Assembly: GCA_964016885.1 (NCBI GenBank)
Contig: OZ024742.1
Span: 106,454,001 to 106,518,000 of the forward strand
DNA: 64,000 nucleotides
Source: Eledone cirrhosa
Taxonomy: Eukaryota
Direction of reading: 5' to 3'
Within the stretch, counting starts at the first letter, position 1; each line of letters opens with the position of its first letter. The notes under the pieces were generated by a model. The model had not been told where the DNA came from. It searched no databases and saw nothing but the letters and a program-made list of their open reading frames with translations. The position numbers were made by a program, and so were the translations under genes. Shown one piece after another: positions 16,160 through 30,447 of the stretch.

Positions 16160-16252
16160 TACCTGAAGACGGAATATTTTTCCAATGTTGGCCGTCTGAA
16201 TTTATTGAGATAATTAGTATTGTTTCTTAATTCCAGAAACTGCAGTTGGGTA
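16160..16252 (+). ncRNA. Hammerhead motif with long stem II, degenerate
   Basis: TAC-CTGAAGA-CGGAAT...ATTCCA-GAAA-CTGCAG-TT-GGGTA; palindromic ACTGCAGT. Confidence 0.5.
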
Positions 16253-16409
16253 TATTATATGAGTGAAACTGACTTATTTTAGTTTGAATAATTTATAACC
16301 AACCAATAGAGATTTTAGCTTATGTTATATATGTTTAAATGCTTTTGTAGGTTGATACTTATCTTTTCATTGAGATGCCTGACTATATTAGAGACAATAA
16401 CTTTCTGAT

Positions 16410-16521
<112 letters not shown>

Positions 16522-16589
16522 TGCCAGCTCAGAAAAAGATATCAACCTAAGATAAACCACTATTACATGGCAAATAAGTTGTAAAATAT

Positions 16590-16812
16590 TATTAAAAGTC
16601 TGGAGGAAGGAGGTTAAGATTAGACACTTTTAACAACAGTTGTGTCTGTTTTGTTATATGGCTGTGAGACATGGTCATTTACACAGATACTGGAAAATCA
16701 GCTAGAATCCATCCGTAACATACTCCCGCGTGTTACGGATGGATTTTAACATCACTTGGAAGAGCCACACCACCAATACAGAAATTTATGATGGTCTGCC
16801 CAAGTTAACTGA
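16590..16812 (+). pseudogene. RTE-like LINE fragment
   Basis: Encodes VKIRHF..VVSVLLYGCETWSFT, similar to the LLYGSETWTLT motif of the 20930-21729 copy. Confidence 0.7.
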
Positions 16813-16814
16813 AA

Positions 16815-16960
16815 GTTGAAATCCCACCGAGTTCAACAAGTTTGCTTTTCCTCCTTTCGGAGGCGATAAAACAGAGTATCAGTTAAGTACTTGGGTCAAT
16901 ATAAGCAACTTTTGCCTTCTCCAAATTGCTGGCCTTGGGACAATGCGAGAAAGAAATATT
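16815..16960 (+). mobile_element. SINE subfamily A, partial
   Basis: Core GGCGATAAAACAGAGTATCAG and tail AAATTGCTGGCCTTG. Confidence 0.6.
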
Positions 16961-16974
16961 ATTAATTCTACAAT

Positions 16975-17047
16975 ATCATCATCATCATCATCGCAAGCCT
17001 CATGATATAACTACTACTATTACTACTACTACTACTACTACTACTAC

Positions 17048-17121
<74 letters not shown>

Positions 17122-17145
17122 CAACTACTACTACTACCACCACCA

Positions 17146-17188
<43 letters not shown>

Positions 17189-17275
17189 CACCACCACCAC
17201 CACCACCACCACCACTACTACTACTACTACCACCACCACCACCACCACCACCACCACTACTACTACTACTACTAT
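16975..17275. repeat. Compound (CAT)/(TAC)/(TAG)/(CAC) trinucleotide microsatellite
   Basis: Direct reading. Confidence 0.95.
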
Positions 17276-17599
17276 GAATAACAATAATAATAGTATTCAC
17301 TATATCTCACGTTCAGTGTGAGAAATTCTGGTAAATTCCGGTCAATAGAGTTTTTGTAGTTCGTAATAAGAGGGAGACAAGCTCTCACGCACGGAGTTGT
17401 TCTCTGGTCACATCCGCACACTTACCACGCCTACAGTCCACCATGTGCGCATGTGTGTGTGTGTGTGTGCATTGGTGTGTGTGCGTGTACATGTGTGAGA
17501 GAGCGTAGTACATGGCTGTCTGTTGATAAACATAAACAAAAGGCACACACACACATAAATGTATACATACATAGAGGCAGACATACACACATACATGCA

Positions 17600-17753
17600 T
17601 ACAGACATATGAACATACATACATACACACACATACATACATACATACAAACATACATACATACATACATACATACATACATACATACATACATACATAC
17701 ATACATACATACAAACGTACATACATACATACATACATACATACATACATACA

Positions 17754-17782
<29 letters not shown>
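17600..17782. repeat. (CATA)n tetranucleotide repeat
   Basis: Direct reading. Confidence 0.95.
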
Positions 17783-17786
<4 letters not shown>

Positions 17787-18117
17787 TCATGCATATACAT
17801 AGATACGTATATATGCATATAATATGTGTGTCTATATAGATATATCCGTGGAGTGTATGTATATATATATGTATACATACACACATATAGAGATGTGTGT
17901 ATGTATGTGCGTGTGTGTGTGGAGTATGTATGTTCTTCTGGTATTAGTATTTTATAAATTTTCACCAATAGAGAGAAAGAGAGAGTGCGTGTGTATGTGT
18001 GTGTGTGTATGTGTGTGTGTGTGTGTGTTGGTTTCTAACATGACAAGACACTTTCATTGGAATTTAGACATCAACTAGGTAGATACTGGTCTTTATTAGT
18101 GTGTATGTGTGTGTGTA

Positions 18118-18196
<79 letters not shown>

Positions 18197-18577
18197 AGGT
18201 ATGGGTACCATTGCATGTGTGTATCACCATGTTTTGTGTTATATGTGTATAAGTACATATATTTCTGTATCTATACATGTGTATAGTGTATATGCAGTCA
18301 ACACATGCAGAATTTCTGAAATGTTTTACATATTTTTGCAGTTCCATTAATGGACTGTACTAGCAACTTTCTAACTAGTCGTGCCCTCTTTGATTCTGTG
18401 AAGCCCAGCTTTTCAAAATTTGTACTGAGACAGTTAGTAAGATATCCAAGAGTCTCACTTATCACAGGTACAAATATAAAAGTATAGTCAACTTGAAGTA
18501 CCTGCTGATTCCTCACTCGATACTTTTTTACCAAGTAGATATCGTGGGGACGAATATTAGTTCTCTTGCAAAACATA

Positions 18578-18775
18578 TAATTGTTTCTACTATTGGCACA
18601 AGGTCAGCAATTATCCCAGTGTATTACTGGTACTTTACTTTATTTTATCGACCCCATATGGATGAAAGGCAAAGTTAACCTCGGCGGGATTTAAACTCAG
18701 ACCTTAAAGAGGCGTAACTCTATGCTGGAAAGCATGGCACCCGACCCTCTACCGATACTGCCAATTGACCGCCCT
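18578..18775 (-). mobile_element. SINE subfamily A
   Basis: Reverse complement of the 10480-10672 unit. Confidence 0.85.
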
Positions 18776-19276
18776 GATGTCAAACATAGCACAGTCCCGC
18801 ACTGGTTTCTTCCATGTTGAAATGATACATGAATATAAATATATGATATAAATAGTTAAGAATTTGTTTAAAATTTATGTGTGATAAACTTAAATAATAC
18901 ATTTACAAAGTACAATATAAGATTTAAAAAAAGTGGACAGAACTGCCTACGAGAATTGAATCAAGTATCCTTTGAAAACAGGACTGCTGTAATAGACATT
19001 ATGCTAATGCGAAATCACAACTTCTAGGCATCAAATTATTACATGTTTACGTCTACCTGGACAACCTACTGTTGTTTAAAACCACTCGATATCACAAGCT
19101 TTGTATTTCAATAACCACTTACCCACCAGTAAGCATACTATTCCATCGCTGTCTTATATTGTCTAGTCGCATGCTGAATACTTCCACGCTTACTGGAATG
19201 ATCTATGAATGTATATATATGGGTGTGTGTATGTGTGTGTATATGTACACACACACAGACACACACACACACACAC

Positions 19277-19325
<49 letters not shown>

Positions 19326-19515
19326 TTTGAAGGTTCACCACTGGATAGAGCTGGTCAATTCCGTATGGTCAATCTTGATGTAATAATATGGAGAGTACTC
19401 AACGTAAAACAGTTCAACCGTCTTCGTTTGTGTAGTTGGTGGTGCGAGTACGGAGTTAAATATTATAATAAAATAACAGGAAGCTGGACTTGTGTAAATC
19501 CTTGAAAGGTTTATT

Positions 19516-19573
19516 ATACTATGATCATTTCAATGACCGGGTTCCGTATGAATCCGGTGATATCATCAGGTAT
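19516..19573 (-). ncRNA. Minimal type I hammerhead ribozyme
   Basis: Minus strand: ATAC-CTGATGA-TATCACCGG..CCGGTCATT-GAAA-TGATCA-TA-GTAT; palindromic stem III ATGATCAT. Confidence 0.65.
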
Positions 19574-19777
19574 TCGAAATATAATAAATGAATGAATGAA
19601 TAAAATCCATGGGGCTGAAAATAATAGACCCGGGGACGACCGACCATCTAGCATCTTCCACTTTAGCCGGTCGCCCTCAAGTGCTGCCCATTCGGCCTAC
19701 TTAAGGCCATCTGGTGAGGGGGCTAAAGCTTATAGTGTGCTACTAACCTCCCGGTCAAAGAGAAGAAAAACAGAAAA

Positions 19778-19986
19778 GAAGAGGAAGAAAAGTCAGCATT
19801 AATGTCATGCTACAAGGAAGAAGAAGAAAAGTCAGCATTAATGTCATGCTACAAGGAAGAAGAAGAAAAGTCAGCATTAATGTCATGCTACAAGGAAGAA
19901 GAAGAACAGTCAGCGTTAATGTCATGCTACAAGAAAAAAGACAGAAGGAAAGAGGAAGAAAAGTCAGTATTAATGTCATGCTACAG
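19778..19986. repeat. 39-bp minisatellite (~5 units)
   Basis: Unit AAGAAGAAGAAAAGTCAGCATTAATGTCATGCTACAAGG. Confidence 0.95.
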
Positions 19987-20613
19987 TCAGGCCAGGAATG
20001 CCGCGAAAAAAGTTATTCTAAAGGAGCCATATCTTAACAGAGGTATATATTATAACAGAGGTAAATATAGTGGGGTCTGCATGTTATAATGTGTGAGCAG
20101 AAGATTGGAACGTTAAATTTTTGTTTAGATTTATAGGATGAAGTTAAAAAAATTTAAGATTAACATTATAAAATTAAAAAAATTAGAAAATTGAAAATTA
20201 AACAGTTTAAAAAATTGTTAAGATTTTGGGTTGCGGGGTTTAGTTAAAGAAAGAGTCTTTTATGAAGAAACTTTAATTGTATTATAGAGTAAAGATTATG
20301 TCCTTGTTTAGCAGTCAAACAGCATGCGGCGATTGCAGACTCCGGCCAGCCCATCCTAACCACATGTCAGCCATTCCGAGTGAGATCGCCTAGCGAAAGA
20401 TATGGAAATCAATTATTCCAAGCACTCAAGGAATGTATTCCAGGCTTCAGGTGTGCTAGTGGGAAGTCAGCCATCGTCGTTAGGCCATCGTTATACCAAA
20501 CGAGTACTATTAATTTATACAGGAGGGGGTTTGTTTAAGTAGAGGGAGGCCTGATACAGGTAATATTTATGGCTAGGCCTAGAATTGAAAGGTACTATAT
20601 GGCGATCATATAT

Positions 20614-20672
<59 letters not shown>

Positions 20673-20929
20673 TAGAAAAAAATCAAAGTTATGAACTTAC
20701 ATTTAACCCTTTATTTCTATGTTCGTTTCAATACGGTTATAATGGGACATGCATTTACAGAACAACTGGAAATTATTAGTTAACAATCAACTACCCCATA
20801 CATATTACCTGAACCGTCTTTAACCATAGGATATTTAACTGTCGATGACTTAACCTTCCGTTTTAAACTCCTGATGAACCAAGGATTGTAATGTGCATTG
20901 AGCTTCTCTCATCTTACCAAAGATTATAG

Positions 20930-21727
20930 AGCAGGAGAGTTAAGGCGAAAAAGATAATCGGATGCTGAATTTGCCGACGACATAGTTTTGGTGACAAATA
21001 CAATGAAGGAGGCAGAGGATTTGATGCAGGAGGTTGAGACTGTCTCGATGAGTGTGGGGCTGAGAATGAATGCGACTAAAACAAAATATCTGGTAGAGAA
21101 TGTTGAGAAGCCAGAGGGGATCACTAATGTAGGCGGGAAGCCGCTAGAATTGGTTGAGGACTTCCTGTATTGGGGAGCAAAGATTGGAAATACGGAAGAT
21201 GATGTGGTTGAGAGGAAGAGCAAAGCCTGGGCAGCGTGCCACAGCTTGAGATCGGTGTGGAAGTCGGACCTTCGTAGAGACCTGAAAATCCGCCTCTTCA
21301 TTGCTGTAGTGGAGTCTGTGCTGCTGTATGGGTCTGAGACTTGGACACTGACCAAGAAACTCACTCAGATGGTGGATGGGTGCTACACGAGAATGCTGAG
21401 GATGGCTCTGAACATTAATCAGTATACACTGAGGATGAAAAACTCAGAGCTGTATGGGAGCCTCCCAAAAGTCAGCTCAAAAGTGACACAGAGGAGATTG
21501 AGGTTAGCTGGACATGCTCACCGACATCCAGAGTTGACATTGAACTCAGTGCCTCTGTGGGAGCCCCTACATGGACACACTGGAATAGGAAGATCAAGAT
21601 TAACGTATGTTGATGCCCTAAGGACAGACACTGGTCTGCTAGAGACGCAGAACATGGCAGCGATTATGAAGGACAGAGACCGCTGGAGAGAACTTGTCCA
21701 TGGATCTCGGGAATTTTACCCGCCCTA

Positions 21728-21729
<2 letters not shown>
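20930..21729 (+). mobile_element. 5'-truncated RTE-clade LINE (RT C-terminal half, ORF 20988-21728)
   Basis: AEFADDIVL, GLRMNATKTKY, LLYGSETWTLT, RRLRLAGHAHR, DRDRWR motifs; ends at (TA)n. Confidence 0.92.
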
Positions 21730-21815
<86 letters not shown>

Positions 21816-22287
21816 AATAGGGAGCGTACTGGTCAAAGAAAATGGAAAAAAATCAACGGAAAGATGAACAGTCTGATCTCCCCAGTCAAAATCTGTAAAT
21901 CATATATATATATGAACTACATAATAAGACGGTTGTAGGATGATTATTCCCCCATACCAGTAATTAGACCATGTTGGTGGTTGTTTTACTGGGACGGGTA
22001 GTGTATGGTGCCGAAAGACGTAGGTCGTTTTACTTTTCCTTGTACGACTTCTTGGTGAGTAAGGTCGAATGTAATTTTATGGACTTTGTTTGCGTGAGTT
22101 CGTAGCTGGCTTTGGTATATGTGTATAGTTATTAAGTGATGGATTTCACGCGAAATAAATGGATATACACCAATCACTACATGTCAATCGGAATATAGAA
22201 ACCATGAACGTCAAACATCTGTTATAGATCTGACGTTTCTAGCTTCTAGAAGGAACTCCACACCTACAGATATACTCACATATGTAC

Positions 22288-22344
<57 letters not shown>

Positions 22345-22689
22345 AATATGTAGATGCCCATGTGCATATGTATCTGATGTCTCCATTGTATGTGTGTGAA
22401 TTTGTGTGTGTGTGTGTGTGTGTCTCTGTCTGTCTGTCTGTCTGTGTGCCTGACTGGGTGCGTGTATATATACACTACTCTAGCAGATTAGGTATATTTA
22501 TTCACCTGGTAGATTTGTTTATTTGCCTAAATCTAAATGGGATATAAAATGAAAATCAACAATAAATATTTCTATATGAAACGAGCAGGAAACATCAGTA
22601 ATAGCAGCAGCAGTAGTAGTAGTAGCAACAGCAACATCCATAACACCACCAACATCAGTCATAGCAGCATCAACAACAACAGCATGGAG

Positions 22690-22692
22690 TAG

Positions 22693-22755
<63 letters not shown>

Positions 22756-22757
22756 TG

Positions 22758-22820
<63 letters not shown>

Positions 22821-22830
22821 TTGATAGTGA

Positions 22831-22914
<84 letters not shown>

Positions 22915-22916
22915 TG

Positions 22917-22949
<33 letters not shown>

Positions 22950-22959
22950 TTGATAGTGA

Positions 22960-23010
<51 letters not shown>

Positions 23011-23025
23011 AAGTGGTGGTAGTAG
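22690..23025. repeat. (TAG)n microsatellite
   Basis: Direct reading. Confidence 0.95.
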
Positions 23026-23097
23026 TATATTCCTACATACAGAGAGAATGGAGAGTATAACATGAATGTGCGTTTTATTTTTATGAACCAAAACAGG

Positions 23098-23236
<139 letters not shown>

Positions 23237-23239
23237 CTG

Positions 23240-23500
23240 AAGGCGCATGGCCTTGTAGTTAGAGTGTTGAATTTAGGATCGTGATGTTTAGTGTTGGAGA
23301 GTTGGACTTAGGATGTGGTGATGTGTTGTGTTCTAGAACAAAACACTTCATTTGACATTACACCAGTCAATTCAGCTAAAAATGAGTAACAGTTTGGGTT
23401 TTACCCTGCAATAAGCATCTTGTCCAATGAAGGAATGTTGTTCTCAGTGTCACTTAACGCCAGTGAAACTGGGATAAGCACCTGCCTGATCAACTCCCAG
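23240..23500 (+). mobile_element. tRNA-derived SINE, degenerate
   Basis: GGCGCATGGCCTTGTAGTTAGAGTG head; AACAAAACACTTCATTT..TCAGCTAAAAATGAGTA. Confidence 0.55.
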
Positions 23501-23609
23501 GCTTGGGACAAAATTAACATTTTTGTTATTAAAACTACTACTAACGCTAACTGAAAATGTACACGACACATACTTAGAGACTAAATATATTATTAATGAT
23601 ACATACAGA

Positions 23610-24830
23610 GAGAGTGTTACTGTATGAGGATATATTCTTTCCTGGCTAAAACTAGGCAACCCGAAACAATGTGGTTATTTGTCTCTTCGCCATTACCACA
23701 TATTCTACAGTTACTTAATACTGTTTCAATATGTACTCTGAGGGAGTTCCTTGGTGGGATGAGGCTTGTGCTGCAAATAAGAATCTCGGCTTTCAGTCCA
23801 GCGCTTGGCTACTTCATCCCCATTCAGCTTTTTCGGGTATTGGCCCATGTATTTTTTTTTTTTTTTGTACCATTGTTTCATCGGGACATTCTGAAGATCT
23901 GTTTTCAGTTTAGATTTTAGCTCCTCTACTATTTCTGTTGTTTTTTCTTTTCTTTATGTCATTTTTTTTCATTTTCTTCTATCTATCAATTCAATTGTTG
24001 CCTTGTAGTTATTGGCTTCCATGAAAACATTAAAAAAAATAGTTGTTTTGTTTATGCAGTGTCGCTATTTGTATTAACTTTCCATTATTCTTGCCAGATT
24101 ATTTTTGTAGACCTACAGTGAATATTTTACATTAGTTTCTTTAGTTACATAAAGCTCCTACCCCCGCTGTGTTCGTAATTAATATGATATTTTTCTATCT
24201 GATTTCGGATGATGTATTCAAAATGAAGTCAGTATTTGTCTTGCTTTTTTTTATGTCTAGTCGTGTTAGTCCGTTTAATGTCCAGTTAAAACTTTAGATT
24301 ATTACTGGAACAGCTAGAGTACTTATACAAATTACTTTTTTGTTTTTGTTTTCTTTCTTAAGTAGTAATCTAATGTATCGTTAGTATTCCTTTCTAATCT
24401 TTCCTTCCATTTGTGTGTGTTGTATACCAAATAGTTTATAGATTTCTAAGTACTTCTATGTTTGTGTTTAATCTAATTATTTTATCTCCATTTCTTTATC
24501 TAGTGTGATATTTGCGTTTTAACTAATATCTTTCTTTTCGGAGTTGCAATGGTACTTTTTTCTAGTCCAAATTTCATGCCCATTTTTCTTATAAATCCAT
24601 CTATTGGCTGTAATAGTGTTCCCAGTTCATTGTCATCTGCAGTGTACACTTGGAGATCTTCCATATACAAGAGATAGATAATGTTCTTGTCAAAGCATTT
24701 GTATCCAAATCCTGTTTAATCTGGTTAATCTGCTAGACAGAAGAGCAGTGGAGATGAAGAACATTTTTGAAATATTCCTCGGTTGGTGAACTCAGTTTTT
24801 ATGATTCTCTCTTTCATGTATATCATCTAT
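23610..24830 (-). pseudogene. Degenerate R4/Dong-like LINE (RT + CCHC/RLE region)
   Basis: Minus-strand translation IIYLLYMEDLQVY..GMKFGLEK and LKAE..CRICGNGEETNNHIVSGCLVLARKEY; many stops and frameshifts. Confidence 0.7.
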
Positions 24831-25434
24831 ATTACGGGGTCAATAAAATAAAACATCAGTAACTCACTGAGGTCGATTTGACCATGATTGTTGGCCTTGT
24901 GTCTTAATCAGAAATCGTAGAAACAATTATTATTATTATTAATCCATTCTCCCTGCTCATCCTGCAATTTTGTGTCTCCGTACCGTCATTATTATATCTT
25001 AATAGGAATTAAAAACCAATATTTATTATTTTCCACTTTATCACGGAATGATAAGAATCACAGGAAAGTGGCCATTTTTTTTTATAAGTTCCTTGTACTG
25101 GGTCTGAATTTTTCGTTAAAACATTAATATGCATTATGCAGTAATTAATTGTTGTTTTAATTATTTTATCTGGCTAATTTATACTCGTTAGTTAATTTAT
25201 TCCTGCCAACTAAAATTATTCTCTCTAGCTAATTTATTCTCTTGGACTAATTTATTATCTCGATATAATGAGTAGTTGGGCTTCATTTTCTAGAATCTTG
25301 TCAGCGGTTCATTAGATCACTGATTATAGCATACAAGACTGGTGTAATGTGATGTGGACGAGAATGGTGCAGGAGTAACGTCCTCAATAAAATCTTAACA
25401 TGGATTCTCTATTTAGACCACTTAAACACGTTCC

Positions 25435-25690
25435 GAGGCAGCAAATTGATAGAGCTGTTCGGGCGTCGAGTTCAAATCTCTTCAAAGTCAACTTTGCTTT
25501 TCATCTTTTTGAGATTGATAAATAAAGTATCAGTCCTGTACTGGGGTGGATTCTTTCTCTGTCTCCTATGGGTGAAATCCGCTGCGTTCCGATCCAGAGA
25601 ACAATGGGCTTCGCCAGGTTTAAATTGCCCAATACACACCATGTGTCAGAGTGGTGCCCATACAACTCTATATGGAGTCACGGGTGAAGT
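25435..25690 (+). mobile_element. SINE subfamily B, degenerate
   Basis: GAGTTCAAATC..GTCAACTTTGCTTTTCATC..GATAAATAAAGTATCAG and long tail GGTGCCCATACAAC. Confidence 0.7.
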
Positions 25691-25917
25691 ACTATCCATA
25701 TATACGTCTTTGATACACTTGAAAATGGAATGAACGTCAAATCATTTCATTTACTACGTTCCTATAAACCTGTAGATAATTTGTCATAATTCTAAATGCT
25801 GTAAAAATACTGCCACTATAGAAATATGTACCACTTTCTGTGGGAGTTTGAAAACATGTGCGTATTTAAGAAATTAGGCAGATTATGTATGTAATTATAT
25901 ATACACACACATTCTTA

Positions 25918-26110
<193 letters not shown>

Positions 26111-26111
26111 C

Positions 26112-26143
<32 letters not shown>

Positions 26144-26242
26144 TATTTATATATATATATAAATGCATACGTATACACACACACACGCACATATATATAT
26201 ATATATATTATTTATATATATATAAATGCATACATATACACT

Positions 26243-26313
<71 letters not shown>

Positions 26314-26596
26314 TCAATTATTACATGATGTTTAATTAAGAAGATAACGAAGAAAAATATTTAATGAAAAACACAGCTAGTAAAAATATGGCAAACATTT
26401 GTGCCAGAAATGAAAGCAGTTGGCATACTAAGTAAGGATCACTTTATATAATTTCTGTAAAAAAAAGCCAAATACTATTCGCGAATATGCTTGTCATTTG
26501 ATAAGTTAATCTGCCGCTCGTTTTAACATGTTTCTTTGGTATATTTAACAAAATCCACTCTGTTGCTTGCATTCGGACCTGGGCTACTTGATATAT

Positions 26597-26817
26597 TATT
26601 TGGTTTCTTATATAGGCACAAGGCCAGCAATTTTGGGGAAGGGGAAAGTCGATTAAATCAACCCCAGTACGTGACTGGTACTTTATTTTATCGACCCTGT
26701 AAGGATGAAAAGCAAAGTTAACCTCGGCGGGATTTGAACTCAGATCATAAAGGGCCGTAACTCTATGCCGCAAAGCATGGCGTCCGACCCTCTACCGATA
26801 CTGCCAAACCACCGCCC
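26597..26817 (-). mobile_element. SINE subfamily A, full length
   Basis: Head GGGCGGTGGTTTGGCAGTATCGGTAGAGGGTCGG, core, tail AAATTGCTGGCCTTGTGCC (minus strand). Confidence 0.9.
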
Positions 26818-27099
26818 TACTTGATATATTATATATGATGCTCCATAGGGTGGTGACCCATTAGTTATGCTTTCTTTGTGCCTTTTTTTCTGGGCTAGGA
26901 ATCCTGAGGCTCTACGAAATATTATGCCCTCGCAAACATTATAAGATGATGCCTGAAAGACAAACCGTAAACAAGGAGAGACTTACAGAAATTTAGGGTT
27001 ATGTGAGAAGAAGTATTGAGCGAACTGACTATTTCAGGGCTTGGAGAAGCGTGAAACTCAGTACCTATGACTACATTATTATCTAAAGTTGTGGTTTGG

Positions 27100-27320
27100 C
27101 ACGGTCGTTGTAGTGTTGGACGACTTCTTAGCAATATTTGTTCCATGTCTTTACTTTCTGAGTGCAATACCATTGAGGTCAACCTTGCTTTTCATTCTTT
27201 CGAGGTCGATAAAATAAACTACTTGTGAAGTACTAAATTCGATATAATCGACTTATCCGTACTCCCCCCACCACCACCACCAAATTTCCTGGCCTTGTGC
27301 TTAAACATGAAATCATTATC
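27100..27320 (+). mobile_element. SINE subfamily A, degenerate
   Basis: GAGGTCAACCTTGCTTTTCATTCTTTCGAGGTCGATAAAATAAA..AAATTTCCTGGCCTTGTGC. Confidence 0.75.
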
Positions 27321-27988
27321 TAAAGTAACATACGATCCTTTTCTTTTTAAGACAGTAGGTTTTGATATGAGGAAGATAATGGCAGTAGTGGAGGTGGTGG
27401 TGGTGATGGTGGCGGCGGTGGTGGCGGTGGTGGTGATGGTGGTAGTGGTGGTGGTTGGGGTAGAGGTGGGTGGTGTATGGTGGGGTATGGAAATGAAAGA
27501 AATATTGTGTTCTAACAAAAGTGTTGTATAATTCCAATGTTCAAATGACGTAACAACACAATATCTTTCTCCAGAACAATACAATATCAAGCTCTTCCAT
27601 TTATCTTCCCAATATATAGCAGTTGACATCTCTCCAGATCAACTGTCTGTAACCCCAAAACTTTTTGAGAAGCAAATATTTCCATTCGACAGTATTTAGA
27701 TGTAGCTATATTGCTATAATGTACTTGCCTTTCTTTTATCTAGCACTTTAATTTAGATGCAGAACTGCACTTAAGAGAACAGTGTAATCTGCTTTTTTGA
27801 GTCACATACTGACTCAAACTTTCTTTCAGTTTTTTTCTGCTGAAATGGTCCCACAGCGGCATCATTCATATATAAATTATTTCGTTTTCTATACGCTGTG
27901 GATATTTGCTTCTCTTTTATATTTACTGCTCCTCGACCGTTTTATCTAGATCTCTTATTCACACATATTCTTTCTCGGCGTCTGTACC

Positions 27989-28028
<40 letters not shown>

Positions 28029-28304
28029 CTATCTATATATCTATCTCCCTCTCCCCCCCCCCCCTCTCTCTCTCCTATATACACCCACACACATTTATTC
28101 TCTCTCGCTCTCACATTCCCGCATACTCCCTTTCAATCTCTCCCTCTGCTTACATCATCAATACAATACCATACCACCATACCACCTTTTATAAATATCG
28201 ATTTAACAGTAGTAATCTTTGGTATAATTCGAAACACCCTGCCACTCTACTGCAGGAATTTGTTGACTGTACTGTAAATATCAACAAAAGCTATCTGGAT
28301 AATA

Positions 28305-28830
28305 TGCCGTAACTCCCGAGAGAGTCGTAGGCACCCTGTATTGACATACGGCGTTTCTAGGGCATTTTTAAACCTGGAGGAGCCCAATCCTTTCCAGGTC
28401 TGAATACAACAGATTTCTCCCAGAGAATGATAGAGAGAGTGAGAGAATGGAAGTGAGAAAAAGATGTAGAAGAAGAATTGACCCCAGTACTAGACTGGTA
28501 CTTTTTCATCGACCTTAAATGGATGAGAGGCAAAGTTGACCTCAATCCAGATAATATGGCCATACTTTTAAAATAAATAATATGACTGTTTCTACTTTTG
28601 GCACAAGGTCAGCAAATCAAAGTGAAAGGGGAAGTCGATTAAATTGACTTCAGTGCGTACTGGTATTTTATTGGATCAACCCCAGAGGAATGAAAGGTCA
28701 AGCTAAGTATTTTAAAACCTAGCAGAACTCAATCCTTTTGGGATTTGAACGTAGAGAATGCAAACAGTCGGAACGCATACCGCAATGCATTCAGTCCGAA
28801 TACTGCAAAGCAGTCATTTCGTCACCTACA
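28305..28830 (-). mobile_element. Adjacent SINE B (28305-28545) and SINE A (28585-28830) copies
   Basis: Both tails and cores recognisable on the minus strand. Confidence 0.75.
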
Positions 28831-29059
28831 ATATAATAGTTTACAATAAATGACGAATGTATTACGAAGATAGATTATACAATGTCTTTAGCAGTGTAAG
28901 GTTACGATTATTAATCAGTCACGGTGAAAAAACTTGTTCAATTATTTTGGATGAAGTTTCCCCATTTACAAAGGCCACAGTTAATCTGAACTGTCTATCC
29001 TTCAGATCAAACACTTTTTTATGTGCTTTACACCGGTGCCATGTTATTGTTGTTTCATT

Positions 29060-29154
<95 letters not shown>

Positions 29155-30447
29155 ATATATATATATATATATAAAGATAATTTGCAATAGAATAGAAGAC
29201 AACCTTGTTTTCTTCCTTTTAGTTGAAAACCTTAGCTATATATTTTACTCGTATTTATTTAGTTTTTTTTTTTTTTACGAGTGGTTATTTATCTATTGGG
29301 ATGGTGAATGATATAGGAGGGAAAGGAGTGTTCATTTATTTATTTATGTCTTACTTCTGTGCCCAGGACACGGCAATTATTCGGAATATCTTGGAATCAC
29401 TGCCTGGAAATAATGTCTAGCTATCCAGAAAGAGTAGAACGGAGCTGTTTAACAGATAGAACGAATTGGCAAGCAAAATAGCTTGCTTACACGCCAGTGT
29501 CACGACCGATGCTGTTTACATTCAGGGCAAAAAGAACTCGTGTAATATAATATAAAACTATAGAAAATATATACAAAAAATCCTGCCTGTTTTATTAAAT
29601 AGCGGCTTAATGAGGCACGATTAACGCTTAGATTCGAGTCCCGAGGAATTAAGATTCTAGCAAATTTTCTCTTGCAAAATGCAAACAACTAAGAAGTTCT
29701 TTCTATGCGCTGACAAGCCGTACCATTGTAGTGAAACGACTGACAGGATTCGCTCAGAACTACTTTATTGCTTCGAATAGGGGACATTTGGTAGACCCAA
29801 GGGATTAATCAAAATATAAAGAAAGAAATTGAATTGCAAATAAGCTTTTGTATTTGAATATATTGTCAAAGAACGAACAAATCTCTTTGGGTATTAAATT
29901 AGTTGGAAAGAATTCGCCATTGTTGTCGTTGCCGTTATTATCATTAGTAGTTGTATAAGTATTACCACCACCATCATCATCATCATCATCATTATTATTA
30001 TCATTGAAGTATAGATTATTATTGTTGTTGTTATTGTTGTTGTTGTTGTTGTTGCGGTTGTTGATGTTATTATTATTGATGTTGTCATTGTTGTTTTTGT
30101 AGTTGTTACTACTGCTGCTGCTGTTGCTGTTCCTATTGTTGTTTAAGATATTAAGACTGCCTAATAAGGAGATTTTAGGGATAGTGCCGAGAATGCTGAA
30201 GCAATAAAGTCGTAACTTTCAGAGAATGAAAAAAAAAGTGCACCACCATCACCACCATCACCACCATCACCACCATCACCACCATTATTATCAGCAGCAC
30301 CACTAATTCAGCAGCAGTAGCAGCAGTACCGCCACCATCACCATTATTATCAGTACCACAACCACCACCACCATCAATAACAGCAACAAAAAGCAACAGC
30401 AACAATGGCAACAGCAAGAACTGAAACTAAAAGAGAGAAAAAAAGCG

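Noticed and set aside
19778-19986. CRISPR-like regular repeats
   Set aside because: Head-to-tail minisatellite without unique spacers; eukaryotic context, no cas genes
20866-20900. CTGATGA hammerhead core
   Set aside because: No stem II/GAAA follows before the RTE insertion; cannot be supported
22225-22272. GAAACGTC-AGAT hammerhead 3' half on the minus strand
   Set aside because: 5' catalytic core absent
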